Notes under the pieces: generated by a model
What the model saw: only the letters and a program-made list of their open reading frames with translations
Told to the model about the DNA's origin: nothing
Database searches by the model: none
Shown here: one piece after another, positions 62,931-64,000 of the stretch
Position numbering within the stretch: the stretch's first letter is position 1
How the letters are laid out: each line of letters opens with the position of its first letter
Position numbers and translations under genes: made by a program
Assembly: GCA_963695225.1 (NCBI GenBank)
Contig: OY968762.1
Location: 640,001 to 704,000 of the forward strand
Length of the DNA stretch: 64,000 bases
Direction of reading: 5' to 3'
Origin: Vulcanimicrobiota bacterium
GTDB lineage: Bacteria; Vulcanimicrobiota; Vulcanimicrobiia; Vulcanimicrobiales; Vulcanimicrobiaceae

Positions 62931-64000
62931 GGATGGAGTGCGGCGTCCTCGAAATCCCTCACGTTGAGAACCGATTCGGCGCCCGCCGCCGGAACCACTC
63001 GGAACCGCACCGCGTCGCCGGGCCTGGCGAGCAGGGCCGCAGGCCCGCTCCCCGGGGCGACCGCGTAGACTTGCCGGCTCTCACGCAAGGTGAAGTAGAC
63101 CGTACCGTCCGGCGCCGCCGCGATGCGCTCGAGCGGGCCGCCGCGGGCCACGCCCTCCGTTCCGTCGGGAGCCGCGCCGCCGACCGCGGACGACTCGTAC
63201 GCGGCGAGCGCGTCGGCGACGGGGGCCGGACTCGACGCACCGCCGACGATCACGTGCCCCGTCCGCGCTTCGACGAGCGCCAACGACTGGAACTTCCCCG
63301 TGTCGGCGACGAGCGGCACGACCCACGTATTCCGTTTGAAGGCGTCGTACAAGATCGGTTGCGTCGGGATCAGACGCCCCTGCTTGACGAGCGGGTGCGA
63401 GGCGACCGCGCGCTCCGCGCCGGCGGAATTGAACTCCCCGCCCGTCGCCGTGTAGTACGTCAGCGCGCCGCTCACCGTGTCCATGTACGTGAAGCCGGTC
63501 ATGGATTGATCGGTGAGCATCGGCGACGTGTGGTCGACGAACCACACGAAGCGATCCCCGCCCGCGAGCAGGCCGAAGACTTCGTCGCGCGCGGGGACGT
63601 GCACGTCGCGTTTGGCGAGCAGCGAGTTCCACAGGCCGTGCACGTAGAGTCCGAACCACTCGTTGTAGCGGAGCGCGAGCGCGGGCGGGTACACTCGTCT
63701 CACCCAATGCGGCAGCGAATCGAAATCCGCGCGCGCGACGCGCCGCATCTCGCCGCTCGCGGGATCGACGATCACGACGCCCGTGACGCGTTGCCCGCTC
63801 CACCCGATCGTTGGGCGCCCGAGCGTGCACAGATACTGCGGGTCCCCGCGGTCGTCGAGTTGCAGCGCCGTCCCGAGAATCTGCTCCGTGCCGTACCGGA
63901 AGTAGACGTGCCGGTACAGGTTGTCGTTGAGCAACGCGGACGGGATGTAGCGCATCGGCGCGCGCATGCGCAACTCCGGCGTCGCATCGGGGCGCTCCGC
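62927..64000 (-). CDS. Hypothetical protein, 5' end outside window
   Basis: Long ORF with protein-like composition; its stop overlaps the GNAT start (ATGA). Confidence 0.65.
   Translation of the reverse strand, partial: AERPDATPELRMRAPMRYIPSALLNDNLYRHVYFRYGTEQILGTALQLDDRGDPQYLCTLGRPTIGWSGQRVTGVVIVDPASGEMRRVARADFDSLPHWVRRVYPPALALRYNEWFGLYVHGLWNSLLAKRDVHVPARDEVFGLLAGGDRFVWFVDHTSPMLTDQSMTGFTYMDTVSGALTYYTATGGEFNSAGAERAVASHPLVKQGRLIPTQPILYDAFKRNTWVVPLVADTGKFQSLALVEARTGHVIVGGASSPAPVADALAAYESSAVGGAAPDGTEGVARGGPLERIAAAPDGTVYFTLRESRQVYAVAPGSGPAALLARPGDAVRFRVVPAAGAESVLNVRDFEDAALHP

Overview
High-GC bacterial chromosomal window (roughly 68% GC by eye). A TolC outer-membrane channel together with a Terrabacteria-style RpoB and HisZ plus short HisG suggests a diderm Terrabacteria lineage, possibly Candidatus Eremiobacterota/Vulcanimicrobiota; this is an unverified inference. 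In order: (1) a sulfur-handling region (about 1-12.5 kb) with SorAB-like sulfite dehydrogenase, two rhodanese paralogues (one frameshifted), a cation transporter, an RND pump divergent from DUF2892/DUF302 genes across two CsoR/CstR-type operators, and a YeiH exporter; (2) housekeeping genes: aroA, an FmdB zinc-ribbon gene with a CIRCE-like element, an ECF sigma factor, an M20 amidohydrolase and a dnaE-hisZGD-HAD-ftsQAZ run; (3) a 142-bp MITE/REP-like element and a CCG-anchor (type E-like) succinate dehydrogenase/fumarate reductase; (4) a glycosyltransferase-PPTase-three-NRPS cluster; (5) pckA and a complete [FeFe]-hydrogenase operon (fused HydC-HydB diaphorase with non-bifurcating signatures, hydA, hydG, aspA, hydF, hydE); (6) rpoB as a stand-alone unit not linked to rplL or rpoC, then small housekeeping genes. 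No rRNA, tRNA, CRISPR array or transposase was recognised. Many start codons were re-picked by eye and are approximate.
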